Source of the DNA: Camelus dromedarius
Taxonomy: Eukaryota
Length of the DNA: 64,000 nt
Direction: 5' to 3'
Assembly (NCBI RefSeq): GCF_036321535.1
Contig: NC_087437.1
Coordinates: 113,400,001 to 113,464,000 of the forward strand
Positions 23,485 through 36,706 of this stretch are shown here, piece after piece. Positions within the stretch are counted from its first letter, which is position 1. The number at the start of each line of letters is the position of its first letter. A model generated the notes under the pieces. The model did not search any database, was not told the origin of the DNA, and was given only the letters and a program-made list of their open reading frames with translations. The position numbers were made by a program, and so were the translations under genes.

Positions 23485-25853
23485 AGGTGAGTTTGGGGGT
23501 CTGTGATGGCCATTCTGAAGGAGCCCATGGGTTGAGGTCAGCAGAGATGGTGTTACCGTACCCTAGCAGCAAGTGTTTGCTGCCTCTGTTCTTGGCAAAC
23601 TGCCCTGAGACACTTTTATTTCTAATCATGAGGCTCCAACACCCGGGGAGCAAAAAGGTATGGCATTTCCGTGAAGTCCTCTGACTTGGTTCCCAGGTTC
23701 CCCTGACAAAGCAGGAGTTTGTTGACCTTCAGTCCTGGCACCAAACGTACCTATTTACTGAGGCTTTTGCCAAAGGGTGGGGAGATAGGGTGGAGCAGAA
23801 GGAAGGATTCTTTTGCAGCTGGTCAATGCAGTGCTTTGTTGTGACTGCTCCACGTCACACAGGTGGCCAAGTGTCCCACGTACAAGGCAGGCCAATTCCC
23901 ACCCCCTCGCCTTCTCTGCCGTCACTCAAAAGCCAGGTGTAAAGACTAAAAATAAGGGGGTGGGGGGGAAGGCCACCATTTCTCCTGTGGTAGGAAAAGC
24001 TATCTTTAGAAAGAAACAGAGAGTCTGAGAGAAGCTACACAGTTTAGAAAAACGACAAGACATGAATCCTTCTCTGTCCTCTTTGAGTTTCATTCTGTGT
24101 TATTTGTCAATGCTCGCTGGATGGTTTCATGTCTTTATTTTTTTTTTTAAATAGCACATTGTTTAGTTGAACCTTTTGTTATTTATATCAAATTTCTATC
24201 TCTAAGTCTTGAAAGCTCAGGCAACAGCAACAGTCACAACAGAAAAATCAATAATAACCACCATCACTGAGAACTTACTCTGTGTCTAAGGTGTCTTTAA
24301 TTCTCCTATAATTCCCACAATGACCAGTTTTAAAAAGAGATATAAGACCCTGAGTGCTAATTAACATTGTTGCGAGCGGGGGGTGCACACAGGTGCTTAC
24401 TTCCCTTACTTTCCACATTTTGGGGTGTGTGATTATATTTAAGCTAATTCTTTAGCATATCAGACCAAAGAATGTGGGCCTTTGTGGATAAAAGCAAAGC
24501 ACTTATTATTATTTTTTTAATTTCTTAAGATGTAGCAAGCAAATTCCCACTCAAATTCAGAAATGTGGGTATGAGAATAGACTATTTTTGTTTTTCGATT
24601 AATTGTCTGGCTCCCGGTTTCACACCGATGAGATCTGATTGTCTGTCTCAGGGATACGCCAGGTTTATTCCTCCAGGACAGGCCGTCTTTCAAGTGGCGA
24701 GGGTTGTGGGGGAAATGGATTTGCTGTCTCTCACTTGGGAGTCATGGGCCCGTGGACTTTAAGCCACAGGAAAGTGAGATCTCTGTCCAAATAGAAATGC
24801 TGATGTGGGGAATGGAGGCAAAAATGAAACTCTGGGCTTGTGCGCACACAGAAGCCGAGCGAGGCCTCCTTGCCCAGTGGAAGGCCACCAGACCAGAGCT
24901 CAAGGGCCCAGAACCCTGGTCCAGACCTCAGGCTTCTCATTGCCTAGAGAGGAATTTGGTGTGTAATCACCAGGTGCTTTTAGTAGTAAAATGCTCTAAT
25001 TCTCTACAACACACAATCTGCAGGTAGCCTGGGACACGACTTTCCAACTTTCATAGGCCGCCACCTCCACATACATCACCACGGTCTCACACTGGGAAGC
25101 TCCTGAAGGCAGCAGCTCTCAGGGTTGGGTCAGTTAGTTTGTGCGCCCCAGGAGATCAGCTCCTTGTGAGTGACATTAAATAACATAACATTGCTATTTA
25201 AAAAAAAATTAAATCACATTAAAAATGTGAGGGTGTTGTTATTTTACTATTCTTATTCTCTTGTTTTTATGTTCTGGGAACAAAATAATTCTTTTTAAGA
25301 AAGATGAAACTCAATCAAGGCATGCTGATTTGGTTCTCAGCAGCTGTCTGACTCAGCAATGTTGAATGAGATAAAAGCAGTTTCCCTGGTAAGAAATGAA
25401 CATACAGTTTCAACCACAGTGCGTCTTCGCAGATGAAACGATTTCCACCTTTATTAGTAAGCACGTTGTCTGAGGGCTCTGGCTTCCCTGAGAATGTGGT
25501 CTTCAGGGGGAAGCGTGTGCTGACCTTGCCCTCAGGACCAGACCCCAGAAATGCTGTCCATGAGCCCGGGAGGGATCTGCCCTCACTCTGTAATCACTTC
25601 CGGAGACGATCAATCACTAGAAATGGAAGCAGCTGCAATGGAGGGGGTGTGACTCCCCCCCACCCCAGGAGATCTTGACAAAGGAAGCATCTCATCTCTC
25701 ACAGACATCTTAGGGTGGCCCTGTCTGGCAATGGAGAACAGATTAGATCACTAATCAAAGTATTTGAAATTTCAATGATATTACTTTCCTATTAGAGAGG
25801 TTCTATTTGGTATTTCTGAGAAATCTAAAGATCCATTTCCATTTTTTTGAGGA

Positions 25854-25940
25854 TTTTTTTTTTTAATGGTACTGGGGGTTGAACCCAGGACCTTGTGCAT
25901 GCTGAGCACTCACTCCACCACTGAGCTATTCCCCAACCTC
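25854..25940 (-). mobile_element. Short tRNA-Ala-derived SINE (Vic-1-like, lacking the cctaatt tail)
   Basis: The reverse strand reads ggggaatagctcagtggtggagtgagtgctcagcatgcacaaggtcctgggttcaacccccagtacca plus an A-tail. Confidence 0.85.
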
Positions 25941-26667
25941 TGTTCATTTTTCAAAGAGGAGACGTTTCTGAAATGTGATGGCACTCACAGGTAAGATTTG
26001 GAGTGCTACTTTGTGGGACCACCACTTTAACAAACCAGTGCAGGGGTCTTTAGCACTGGAAATCAGCCACAGAAGCCCTGTGATATTTGCCTGGTGGTTT
26101 GGGGCTGGGTAGCACTGTAGTGATTTGATACCCTGAGAAATTCGGTCCTTACCCCCCAGGATCACAGGAAGCCCTCCCAGTTTGCTCTGAGGAGGCTGGC
26201 AGGTCCTGGTCTTCTCACACACTGTATAACAACTAAGAAAGGAAGTTTGTCTCTAGAACCCAGAACCTGGTTAATGGTTAATACCTGAAGCTCATTTTTG
26301 TAGAATCAAGCAGTAACAGGACAAAGGCAACTCCTAACTACCCTGCGTTCCCCTCCCTTCCTTTCTGTCTGAGGCCTTCTGGGCTATGGTTGGTACAGAT
26401 ACATGTGTGTATGTCAAGATCACACAGATGTGGTTTCAGATCCAGATCTTCAGAAGGGGTGTAGAGGGGGAAGTTGGAGTGGATGAGAGTCAAGGGCCAG
26501 GGGGAGGTTTTAGAATAGTGTGAACAGTGAGATTTCTCAATACTTGGGTTTTTAATCAAGGGATCTTAGGAAAGAACAATATATCCTTTGTTGGGCAGAA
26601 AATACAGATGCATAACAGAAGCCAGCAGAGATTTAATAAACGATTAATAGGGCACTTTCAGAAACCT

Positions 26668-27220
26668 TGTCGCAATGACTGTCTTTGAGGTGGGAAGCCC
26701 CATGAAAAAGAGGGCAGGACCCCCAGGCAGGGCCACTACTTTCCTGCCAGCACCATCTGGTTCCCTGGCCCAGCGGCATTATCTCACTTTTTGCCTCTAA
26801 AAATGGCTTGCTTCTAGGAAAGCGGAACTTACCCTAAGATTCTATTGTTTCCCTGAGCTAACTCCTGATTGGTCCATTTGTAACACTTCATTTGCATAAA
26901 GCCCACTACCGATTGGTCTATTTCTATCACTTCTGATTGGTTCATTTCTATCACTTCTGATTGGTCCATTTCTATCACATCTGATTGGTCCATTTCTAAA
27001 AAGCTCATTCCTGATTAGTCAGTTTTGTTAAACCTTACTTGCATATGATATTGCAAAGTGTAGACTGGAAGCCTATAAAAGCCTGTGTAAACCTACAAAC
27101 AGGGTCCAGAGCTTGGAGTGTTAGTTCCTCTGGGCCTGCTGTCATAATAAACCTGAGTTCTCCAACCCTCCGAGTGTCTCTAGTCAGGATCCAGGTTGCT
27201 GTCACAACTGAGCTGTAACA
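26668..27220 (+). mobile_element. Solo ERV LTR (ERV1-like) with intact U3-R-U5 signals
   Basis: Multiple ATTGG boxes, TATAAAA at 27074-27080, AATAAA at 27146-27151 and terminal ...ctgtaaca at 27220. The 5' TG is uncertain (26668 or 26686) and the TSD is not resolved. Confidence 0.8.
26911..26998. repeat. 24-bp tandem repeat x3.7 (GATTGGTCCATTTCTATCACTTCT) in LTR U3
   Basis: Units start at 26911, 26935, 26959 and 26983. Confidence 0.95.
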
Positions 27221-29768
27221 CACTTTGCTGCAACATCTTAACCCCGTAGAGATGAACGTCAGTGTCAGGGTCAGTGTCGGTCTCCTCCGGCAGGATGATC
27301 TTAAGTTGCCCCAGGGGTCAACGCAGGAAGATATGGGTTAATTTGGACAATTAACCATCACAAGCAGTAGGCCCTAGTATTTAATGTTTTCAATGGACTT
27401 TTAAGATAATAAAAAGATTATTCAGGGACATAGCATTTCCCCGTTTTTTTTTTTTTAAGCCAAATTAACATTTCCCCATTTTTAAAATGCTTTCAGAAGT
27501 GACTCAGTTCACCTGGGTGAGGAGTATAAGTGTGACCAGTAAGGGTACTGAGACTCCCAAATAGTGGTAGATATTTCTTGAAGACCCTTCCCACACCTAC
27601 CTCTTCCACTCCCCATCAGCATATCCTCAGCCTGCTGTTTCTTTCCACACCGGTCCCTCTACCTGCTTTAACTGGTCTTAAGATAACTAGACAAAGAGCT
27701 GTTTGGACTTAGGCAAGTCATTTAATTTTGCTGAGTCACAGTTTGCTTATCTGGGAAAGACCTTTCCTTCCCAGATCCTGGAACTGTTATGAGAAAGTAG
27801 AGGAAAATGCACAAAAACAGGAAAAGCGAGGTCAAAGCAGGGATTGATATGCTTTCTTCCTGGTTATTGGGTGAGGCCTCAAGAGGCAGAGCAGCCTCAG
27901 GCAGGGAGCTGGGATGGAAATCAAGACACTCCACTGGTGGAGAGGCCTTGAACAAGCCACTTTTCCTCCCCAAGGCCAAAAAAAGGAGCACACGTGTCCT
28001 TTTCAGACTATAAGAGGAAATAGAAATAAAATCATTTTGACTTTGTCTAAAAGGCAGTGTTGAGAGCTACATGACTCCAAAACATTATAAATGTGAACTG
28101 CCTAGCTCTGTTCCAGGCACTCTTTGTCCCTGAAGAGTCTCCTTAAGGAGACCTCTTGACCTGGGATCCTGCGAAAAGTTCCCCTCTGGGTTCAGGTCAC
28201 TCTGAAGCCCTCGCCAAGCCCAGGGCACCTACGTCCAGTCTGATTCACTTCCTTTAGCTGAGAAGGCATGTGAAGAGCCTTGCAAGGCATCAACCATTTT
28301 TCTGCCTTCCCACTTATACATGTTTCCATTTGGTCATCTAGATTGTGAGCCACCATTCAGCACGACCACACGTCCTTAGAGAAGTCAGTCACCACAAAGC
28401 AGCTGGGATCACATGAGATATGTCATAGGACAGCAGTTTGAAAACTGCAAGGTGCTGCACAGACGTTCATTACGTTGATAGCTATCTGGTTAACCACTAA
28501 CTTTTAAAATTACTTTAACCAAGAAATTTTTTAAAGAGCCAGAGGCGAGATGAACAGTGTCTAAGAGAGAATGTTAAAGACAGAATATCAACCACCTTAC
28601 TTTTAACTTGGTCACTTATGGTTGAGAAGAGACACTGCATTCACCTCCCAGGGCTGGTTTTGCAAAGATGAGCTTTTCAAAAAGTGTGTGTCAGGAGCTC
28701 CAGGCCTGAAGGATGTTGACTTTACTTATGAAGCAATAGTGCTGGCTCTTCAATGGCCAGTGTCCCAAGAATGGCTGAGGCTTAGTCTCAGAGACTGGCA
28801 GGGTTGGAGGACAGGCAGTCGCTGAAACTCTGGAAATTCTGACTCAACACAAACGTGACAAATAGATCATGCATGAAATGCATCAAGTGTCAGTGTCAAT
28901 CATGTCAAAGTTTTCTAAATTTTTACACCATCATCTCCTGAAGATAGCCACAGGGAACACAGCTTTTCATCATTTGAACTACATCTCTGTAGGTCACTAT
29001 TCCATACTTGCCCTTCCCTTTGAGGATATGAAACCATTGGTAATTCTTCCCCTTTGAAGACACCCAAGGACTGATACCTTTTCACACACTCAGTCACGGG
29101 TGGAAATCCCAGTTTTGAGAGAGACCCCCTAATTGGTGATGCCTAAATCCAAATAGATACCACCTATCTGGAAACGTTTTGATCCATCCTAAAGACAGAG
29201 AAGAGCCAGTTGGCTATGACATCTGATCATTCTCTCTCAGAACATTGGCCATTGAGCCAACTTTGGGTTCTGTGGAGTTTGCCACTCCTGCTTCCTACGA
29301 AAAGCCCAGCATCCTCCAGGGCCTGGAGCCCACAGAGAGCAACCAAATTGCAGATCAGGCTCTAATGCCATGAAAGAATCTGGTTTGGCTTCGGAGCTTG
29401 CTCATGCCTCTGTCAGGTTCATAAGTCTCTGCCCTGCCTAGTTTTAGTTTCCTCCTCTTTTAGCCTTTCAGTGGAACCCAGCATCACTTGGAGTTGAACT
29501 CTTGTGGGGCCAAGATTTGATAAGCAATCATTGCTTTCACTAGTGCCTTTACTGACTAAAATTTCGTGAGGATTATAGCATTGTAGATGACACAAGGAAA
29601 GGTACTTTATACTTTTTGTACTCAGATAACGTTAGAGCTAAAAGTAATATTGGCACTCATACAAGGAACATTTCAACTGAGTAATCCCAGAGTCCCTTGG
29701 CTACCTACAGCAGAGCTGGGACCAGTATCCAAACCTCTTGATTCGTAGCTGAGGACCATGAATCAAGG

Positions 29769-29942
29769 CAGTGTTTCTCAACTGTGGTGCTTCAAATCAG
29801 TAGCATCAGCATCACTGGGAACTTGCTGGGAACACACATTCTTGGGTCCCACCCTGGTCCTACTGAGTCAGAAGTTCTGGAGTCTGTATTTTAGCAAGCT
29901 CCTTAGGGAATTGTGATGCTTGCTTAAGTTTGAGAAGCACTG
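29769..29942 (+). mobile_element. MER5A hAT-Charlie MITE, near full length
   Basis: TIRs cagtgtttctcaa / ttgagaagcactg with the internal agcatcagcatcactgggaacttg...cctactgagtcagaa. Confidence 0.85.
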
Positions 29943-32334
29943 TACTATGTATGGTATGTAACTCAAACATTTTTGGGGTCAATTTAATATTTTTCGTTAT
30001 TTGTGGACAAGTTGAGTGATGAGCAGTGATTTCTATCACACTTTCTTTTATTCATTTATACCTTCATTCTTGAGTGTCCATTCCCACATTTGGTGCCATG
30101 TGAATCAGAAAGACATAGACCTATCTTCCTTCATGTAGCAGATGGGAACATGGCATAGATAAAAGGAACATTTATATTGAGATGTAAGGCAGAATACGAT
30201 TAAATCCTTGAATGTTACAGACATCAAGGGCAATATAAGTTTGGGAACAATTTGGGCTGCAAAGGTGAGGTTGGGTGTGTTGAAAGGGAGACAGAATTAG
30301 CAGTCAGATGGTGGAACTGGGCTTGGTGAGCTCTAGAAACAGCAATAGTGACCTGAGACTGGTCAGGTTAGGGCAAACAGCTTGTGCTGGGAAGTTACAA
30401 GATTGAATTTCTCCATTCCTTGAGGACCCTAAGGTGCTGGTCTCAACGACAGAGGGAAATGGATGGTTGGCTGTAGGTCCATTGCTCAGTGATGAACTCT
30501 GAAACCTTCTGTCCAGGAGGACAAGATGAAATATTTTCAGACTTCACCACAGTACAAGCCTCAAGCAATCTGGCATGATTCAGGCGATTGGGAAACTGTG
30601 CAGCCTCACATGTCCCTTGAGCAGACTTCCTGGGCTTTTTTTTTTTTTTTTTTTTCAAAGAGCCTTGGGCTGATTCTGAACTTGGAAAAGCATCCAGCGA
30701 ACAGCAAATGGACACAACAGGTTGAATCATGAATTCATGCCTCATCAAGGCTTGTCTTTTCTTCTGTGTGTGAAGTGGGATTAAAATGGGATTGACTTCT
30801 TCAATCATTTGCATTTTCAAATTGCAACTGTAAATTCTCTATAATCCATTTCTATTACCTGGATCACTCTGTATATCTGCATATCTGCATGAAAATAAAA
30901 TTGCTATTCATAATGATCCCCACTAGATCTCCAAAGACTTGGATTGTCCAAGAAAAGTATCTAGTTGAGTATCCAGCTTCAGGGCATTTATTGTGCTTTA
31001 ATTTTTGAAACATAATTATCCATTTGTGATCTATAGGATAAATCTGGTTGTCAGAATTTTCTTATTAATCAGAAATAATTATTTTGTTATCAACCGAATT
31101 TATTTATCACAGTTACAACTACTCTTATTTTTGAAAATAACACTAGTTAACATTAATGTCGTACAGGCTCAGGCATTGTGCTGCTGTTTTAAATTCATTA
31201 TTTTTTCTCATACACACGATTGTCCCACAAAGTAAGCATTATTGTCTTCATCTTACAAGTGGGCAAACTAAGCCAGAGAGAGGATACATGATATCTTCAA
31301 CATCCTGCAACAAGTTGTGAAATTTGCATCACACACACCTGTGCCTTACACCGCTCAGATCCTGGTGGGAGAGGATACTGCATGTTGGAAAGAGGTCAGG
31401 GTTTCAAGCTATGATCTGAATTGAGTTTTGACAGGTGGAGAAACTTGGGGAAGCCACTTTTAAACTCTTAGAGTACTGGTTGCCTCTTCAATAACACGAA
31501 AAGAATCCCTTCCTCATAAGTTGGTTGTAAAGAATAAATGAGATAATAGGTGGGGAAATTCTGCTCTACAAACGATCTCCCCTTTCCCTTGCCAACCATA
31601 TCCAGAAATTAGGTTTCCTAGTAGGTCATGGATGTCAGTGCAGCCACAGGATCCCCTGATCCAACTCCCGTATCCCAGCTCAAATGGGCTGATTCTGTTC
31701 CGGAGTTGTCAGTCTTTTTGGTTCATCATAATCATCTGTCTGGCCAGGTGACCTGGTAAGGAGTCAGTTTACCACCAGCTTGCACATGGAGCTTTTTGGA
31801 GAGCCAGGAATGCTGACACAGACTTGGACCCGCTCAGCGCTCTGACAGATGGATGGCATGGGTGGCGGCATCCCTGAAAATAAAGATGTCTTGTCTGCGG
31901 GCCTGTGTGTTTGGTTACCTAGGCACTTCTCCACTCTGGGGATGTCACATTTTCCTTTGCTTCACCCAGCAGCCCCTGCAGCTGAGGGTTTAGGGCCCCG
32001 GGTTGCACGTAGACCTTTACATCCCTACTTTATCCCGTGCCTGGTAACCTTCTAACTAACCCCCTGACTTTCCTTTCATCCACTGCTGCTCTTCACTGAC
32101 TGGATTTTAGCTCTTGATGAATTAATGAAACAGGGGGTTCTTGTGAGCTATGTCTCCTAAGTGTTCATGAAAAAGCTTTATACCTGGAGCAGAAGTAAAT
32201 ATTGCACTCCAGCTTTCTAGAATGAGTGGAACTTTGGAAATATTTCTTGAATGAAAAAATGATAAAAAATGATCCCCAAATGAAGGCTTGTGAAACTAGA
32301 AAGGTAGCTGTTGTGATAGAGAGGTTTTTTTAAA

Positions 32335-33300
32335 AAAAAAAATTGTGGTAAAACAGACATAACATAAAATTTACCATGACGTTTAGTACATTCACAATGT
32401 TGTGCAACCATCACCATGATCTATTCTAGAACATTTTCATCACCCCCAAAGGAGACTCGGTACCCACTGAACAGTCATATCTGTCTCTCCCTCCTCCCAG
32501 CCCCTGGAAACCACTAGCCTACTTTTTATTTCTAGGAATTTGTCCATTTTGGATATTTTCATATAAGACAAATGAGTTTGTTAATTTAAAATTTTCAACA
32601 TGCTGTACATTCACATTCAAAATACAAAAGTCTAAAATGTCTTCCTTTCTTGTATCTCAGGCTCCAGGAGACCCCATCTCTCCTGACCTTCTTCTACATC
32701 TTTGTAGGTTCTTAGGTATTCTTCTAGAGTACATGTATCCCTACACAGGCCAAGATTGTACCCTCCTCTTACCATACAAAAGGTAACATACTCTGTGCAA
32801 CATTCTGTACCTTGTTTTTCAGTCACTTAACAAAACGTCCTGGAACTCTGTACATATCAGTCCCCAAAGGGCCCTTGTTCCTTTTAAAAGCTGCATCGTT
32901 GTTTGTTGTTCAGAGGTTCCATGCTTTATTTAACTAATCTGTTCCTGATGGACTTTTGGATTGATTTCCAATTGTTTGCCATCACCTACGAAGCTGCAAT
33001 GAATCATCTTGTACACATTGTCGTCTCCAAAGTGTCTCCGAAGCACAAATTCTCAGAAGATACGTGGCTGGGCTAGAGGGCGCGTGGATTTATACTTTTG
33101 TTAGCCATCGCCCAGTTGCCCTGTGTAGGGATTGTACTGATTTATACTCTCCCTGGCAACACAGGAGAGCCGCATAGGCCTCACCATCATGTGTCACCAA
33201 ACTTCCATAAGTTCTCATTCTCAGTGGAATTTTCATTTGAGTGTCTATTCATATTTATAAGAAATTATAAAAATGCACTTGGTACCTCCCTGTTGCCTAT
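32335..33300 (-). mobile_element. Old L1M 3'-end fragments
   Basis: aattgtggtaaaac..ataacataaaatttacc..acattcacaatgttgtgcaaccatcacc..cagcccctggaaaccact, followed by further decayed L1M-type sequence. Confidence 0.75.
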
Positions 33301-34097
33301 TTGTCATCTCCCGTGAGGTTCCCGCAGAGTAGCATCTTGCCCAAGCCTGCAAACCTTTCCCCCACCTGGAAAGAGCCCCTTGTGTGAGGTCTCTGCTTCC
33401 GTGGTCCACTGGTCATATGAGACTGTCTTCATTACAAAGTGATTTGGTATTTTCTGTATAGAATTCTTCCGTTTCCAGTCTAAGTGTACTGCTCACATGC
33501 TCAGCTGTGAGGTCCATCCCATCCCATCACTGCTCTCTCACTACTGATTGCTCCCTGCAAGTCAGCTGCTCTCCTGAGTGCCAAGACAGGGCTCCAGGAG
33601 TTTATTTAAAGGCATGATGAGAACACTCATTATGGAGATGGAAGCTGTGTGGGACGCAGAGCAGAGCTCTGTTGAAAGGGCCCCTTCTTGGCTCTTGTCC
33701 ATCCTAGGAGAGTGAGGGAAGGTGGCCAGGGGCCCCAGGTTTAATCCTTGGGGGCCACATGACGGTCACTGGCAAGAATCACAGCACTCATACCCTTTGA
33801 TTTTTCCTTAAAAATACTTTAAATGTATCTGGGAAAAGTGATTTTCAAGTTGTTTCAGTCTCTGAAGAATCTTATTTCTCCTCAGTTGGGAGCCAAAAAG
33901 TCCACTGAGAACTTGTGGCTTTCACAGTTCATGGCCTCTGAGTGAACACCTCTCTGCTTGGGTGGAGGACGCAGATGGCATTTACTTCCTACTGTCTTTC
34001 CCATTTCCTCCTTGATGTGCAGAGCTGTTCTCTGCCTTCCTGAGCACAAGCCAGCGGGGGCTGGAGAGTGTGCAGGTCCTGCTCGGCAGCCATGTTT

Positions 34098-34249
34098 ACA
34101 TCCCATCACCTGGAGGGACAGCTGAAGGGGCAGTGACATCTCATCACTTGGAGAGGTAGCTGAAGGGACAGTTACATCAGGTCACCTGGAAGATCAGCTG
34201 AAGGGGCAGTGACATCCCATCACCTGGAGGGACAGCTGCAAGGGTAGTT
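34098..34249. repeat. 38-bp minisatellite x4 (ACATCCCATCACCTGGAGGGACAGCTGAAGGGGCAGTG)
   Basis: Units start at 34098, 34136, 34174 and 34212. Units 1 and 4 are nearly identical. Confidence 0.95.
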
Positions 34250-34599
34250 TGCCTCCATCTCTCCTTTCAAATGCAGGAAAATAAATTCAGCCCAAGTAAA
34301 AGGCTCAGGAGGCTGCACTCCCTGGTGGAGCCTGCCTTCCTTCCCACCACATAAGCCACATGGAATACTTCCTGCCACGTTTCTCAGGATGCTAAATGCG
34401 TAAGTGTTGAATAGGGAGCCAGTTAGAGGCTTTATCCCACATGACTGTGAGGTGTGGATACCTCTGCTCCCTGCGTCTGCTGTCACCTAAGTCCTCTAAC
34501 TCCCATTCCCCATCATTTCCTCTCCTTCTCCCCCAAATCCAATACCCCACCCTCACTCTGCCATCCTCCCAAAGGTAACCTCAGTATCTGGTTCTCAGT

Positions 34600-34770
34600 G
34601 CGGCCTTGGGAGCCGATTACAGAGGGTTAGGTGCTGGCTTAGTCATTGACCGTCCAGGAGTACTTTAACCTTTCTGAAATTAGTGTCTTTATCTGCAAAA
34701 TGGGTTGACAATATCACTCTCCAACAGCAATGGCTAAAGATTGAAGGAGCCATTTAGAAAGTGCCCGACC
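34600..34770 (+). mobile_element. MIR fragment
   Basis: tactttaacctttctgaaattagtgtctttatctgcaaaatggg...tttagaaagtgccc. Confidence 0.5.
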
Positions 34771-34789
34771 CCCTAGAAGGCAAGGTGGT

Positions 34790-35213
34790 AGCTGTAAAAG
34801 TACATCCCTCATAGCTGATGGTGACTCAGGGCTGCCCTTGGGGGTCCACCAGTGAGTCTTCACGGAGTCACACTCCCTGGGCAGCGATCAAGTGTGACCG
34901 TGACACCAAGATAGGTGGGTCCTGAGGGATGTGGGTTCCTCTGACAGACAGCTTTGGTTTCAGGATTTCCCTGGGTCTGGCTGGAGCTTTCTTAGAACTG
35001 CACTGGAGGGAGAGACATTACCTCCACAGCGTCCTTCCTGCCCTCCCCCTTCACAGAGTAAGACCTGCGCGTGGTCTGATGGCTCTCCCACTCATTCTGG
35101 CTCCTTCCCCTTCTCCTCTACAGGTGTACTCTCCACCACCCCCCCACCTGCCGAATCTCTTATGTGTCTAATCCCATCTTAGTGTCTGCTTCTTGGAGAC
35201 CTCAAACTAACAC
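34790..35213 (+). mobile_element. ERVL-type solo LTR (subfamily not assigned)
   Basis: The 3' end aatcccatcttagtgtctgcttcttggagacctcaaactaaca resembles ERVL LTR termini. The 5' boundary is approximate. Confidence 0.5.
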
Positions 35214-35914
35214 AGCACTCATTTCCCTCTCCTCTTTGCTAAATGCATCTCCCAAAGGCCATGCTTAAGCATTTCTAATCTAGAAATCATTCAAAGGGAT
35301 AGTGATATATGTTACTTATTTTAAAATTATTTTATCTCAACTTGGTGAAGATTCCTGTAAGTACCTCTGATACTGTGAATCATGGGACTTTTTCAAGCAT
35401 CAGCACTTTGGGGGAGCTGTTTCTAATGCAGACAAAAGTCTCAAGATCTTCCCTTGTTGATCAAGCCTAGGCATTTCAAAATGTGTCTTTTTCCTACCTG
35501 AGGATAAGGAAACTGTGTTACCATCTCTGCAAGTGCTGTGTTCTCCAAAGCCAGTGACTTTCTCCACCGGGAGGGTTAGAGGGGATGGGAACACCTCTGA
35601 GTATATGCACAGAGGGGCCTCCAGTCTCCTTATGGTCTCAGTAGGCAGTATTCCCTTCATCTATTTGATCAGATTCTTCTAGGAACTTTAGTTCCTTGGA
35701 GCCAGTATTGGTGATGGAGCCTCCAATCCTTATTCCTTTTGCCCCACCAATCAGCCCAGGGATCCAGGGCATCTCAGAGACATGAGACCATAAAAATATG
35801 GAATGAGAGAGCATGGAGAGGACTTAGAGATCGTTAAATTGACCCACTTCACTTAACAGGTGAGGAAAAAGGTCTAGGGTACAACAGGAGTGAATTCACA
35901 CTTGACTTCAAACC

Positions 35915-36022
35915 GTCCATCCATCCACAAACCAATCCATCCATTCATCCATTCATCCATTAGTCCACTGACTCCTCTACTAATCCATTCATCCACCATC
36001 TATCCATCTATCCATCCACCCA
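35915..36022. repeat. Imperfect (TCCA)n repeat
   Basis: tccatccatccac...atccatccattcatccattcatccatt... Confidence 0.8.
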
Positions 36023-36706
36023 CTTATCAGGGATAGGCCCTGAGAACACAGAGAAGATTAAAATATGGTCTCTACCTATGTAGGGTTTCCCAGTCCAACA
36101 ACCCCTAGATTCCATTCCTTAAAAAGGTCCAATTCAACCTTGTCCCTGAAATAGCCTCACCTATCATGCATCACTTAGCTTCCTGTAGTGGAAGCCTTTC
36201 AAATTCCATCAGCAACACTTTGGCTGTAGGTGTGCAGGTCATGAAGGGCAAGGTCAGCAGTACACTTGCTTCCAGAGGAAGGCACCCCCTGTGTCCAGGG
36301 TCTGAGAGGCAGGCACCTCCAGACTTGGTAGACTCTCCCGTTCTTTCAAAAAAATGAGCCTTCTCAAACCTCTGCTTCTCCCCACTTTCCTCCTGTCTTT
36401 CCCCCTACATTGTCCTGGTAACCCACCTTTGTCCATCCTGCTCCCTTCAAGTGCATTAGTTTTGGAGCCATCCAGAGATGGAGACCTTTTACGGTCCTGC
36501 TTGTCTAATTGTCCTTCATGTTAGAGACCTTTTCCCTCTTTGGGAAAACTCATTACTTCTGTTATCACGGTTCGCATAGAAGGGGCTCTGATGTGGTGGG
36601 GCTCAGGAACAGGGGGAGGATGGCAGGCACTTGAGCCTTTACCAGGGGCGCACTGCCTGCCTCCTGGCCAAGGGTCCAGAATGCCAACTGAAAAGGAACA
36701 ACTTTT

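Noticed and set aside
34098..34249. Repeat with CRISPR-like unit length (also the 24-bp array at 26911-26998)
   Set aside because: The units are head-to-tail with no unique spacers, there are no cas genes, and the context is mammalian.
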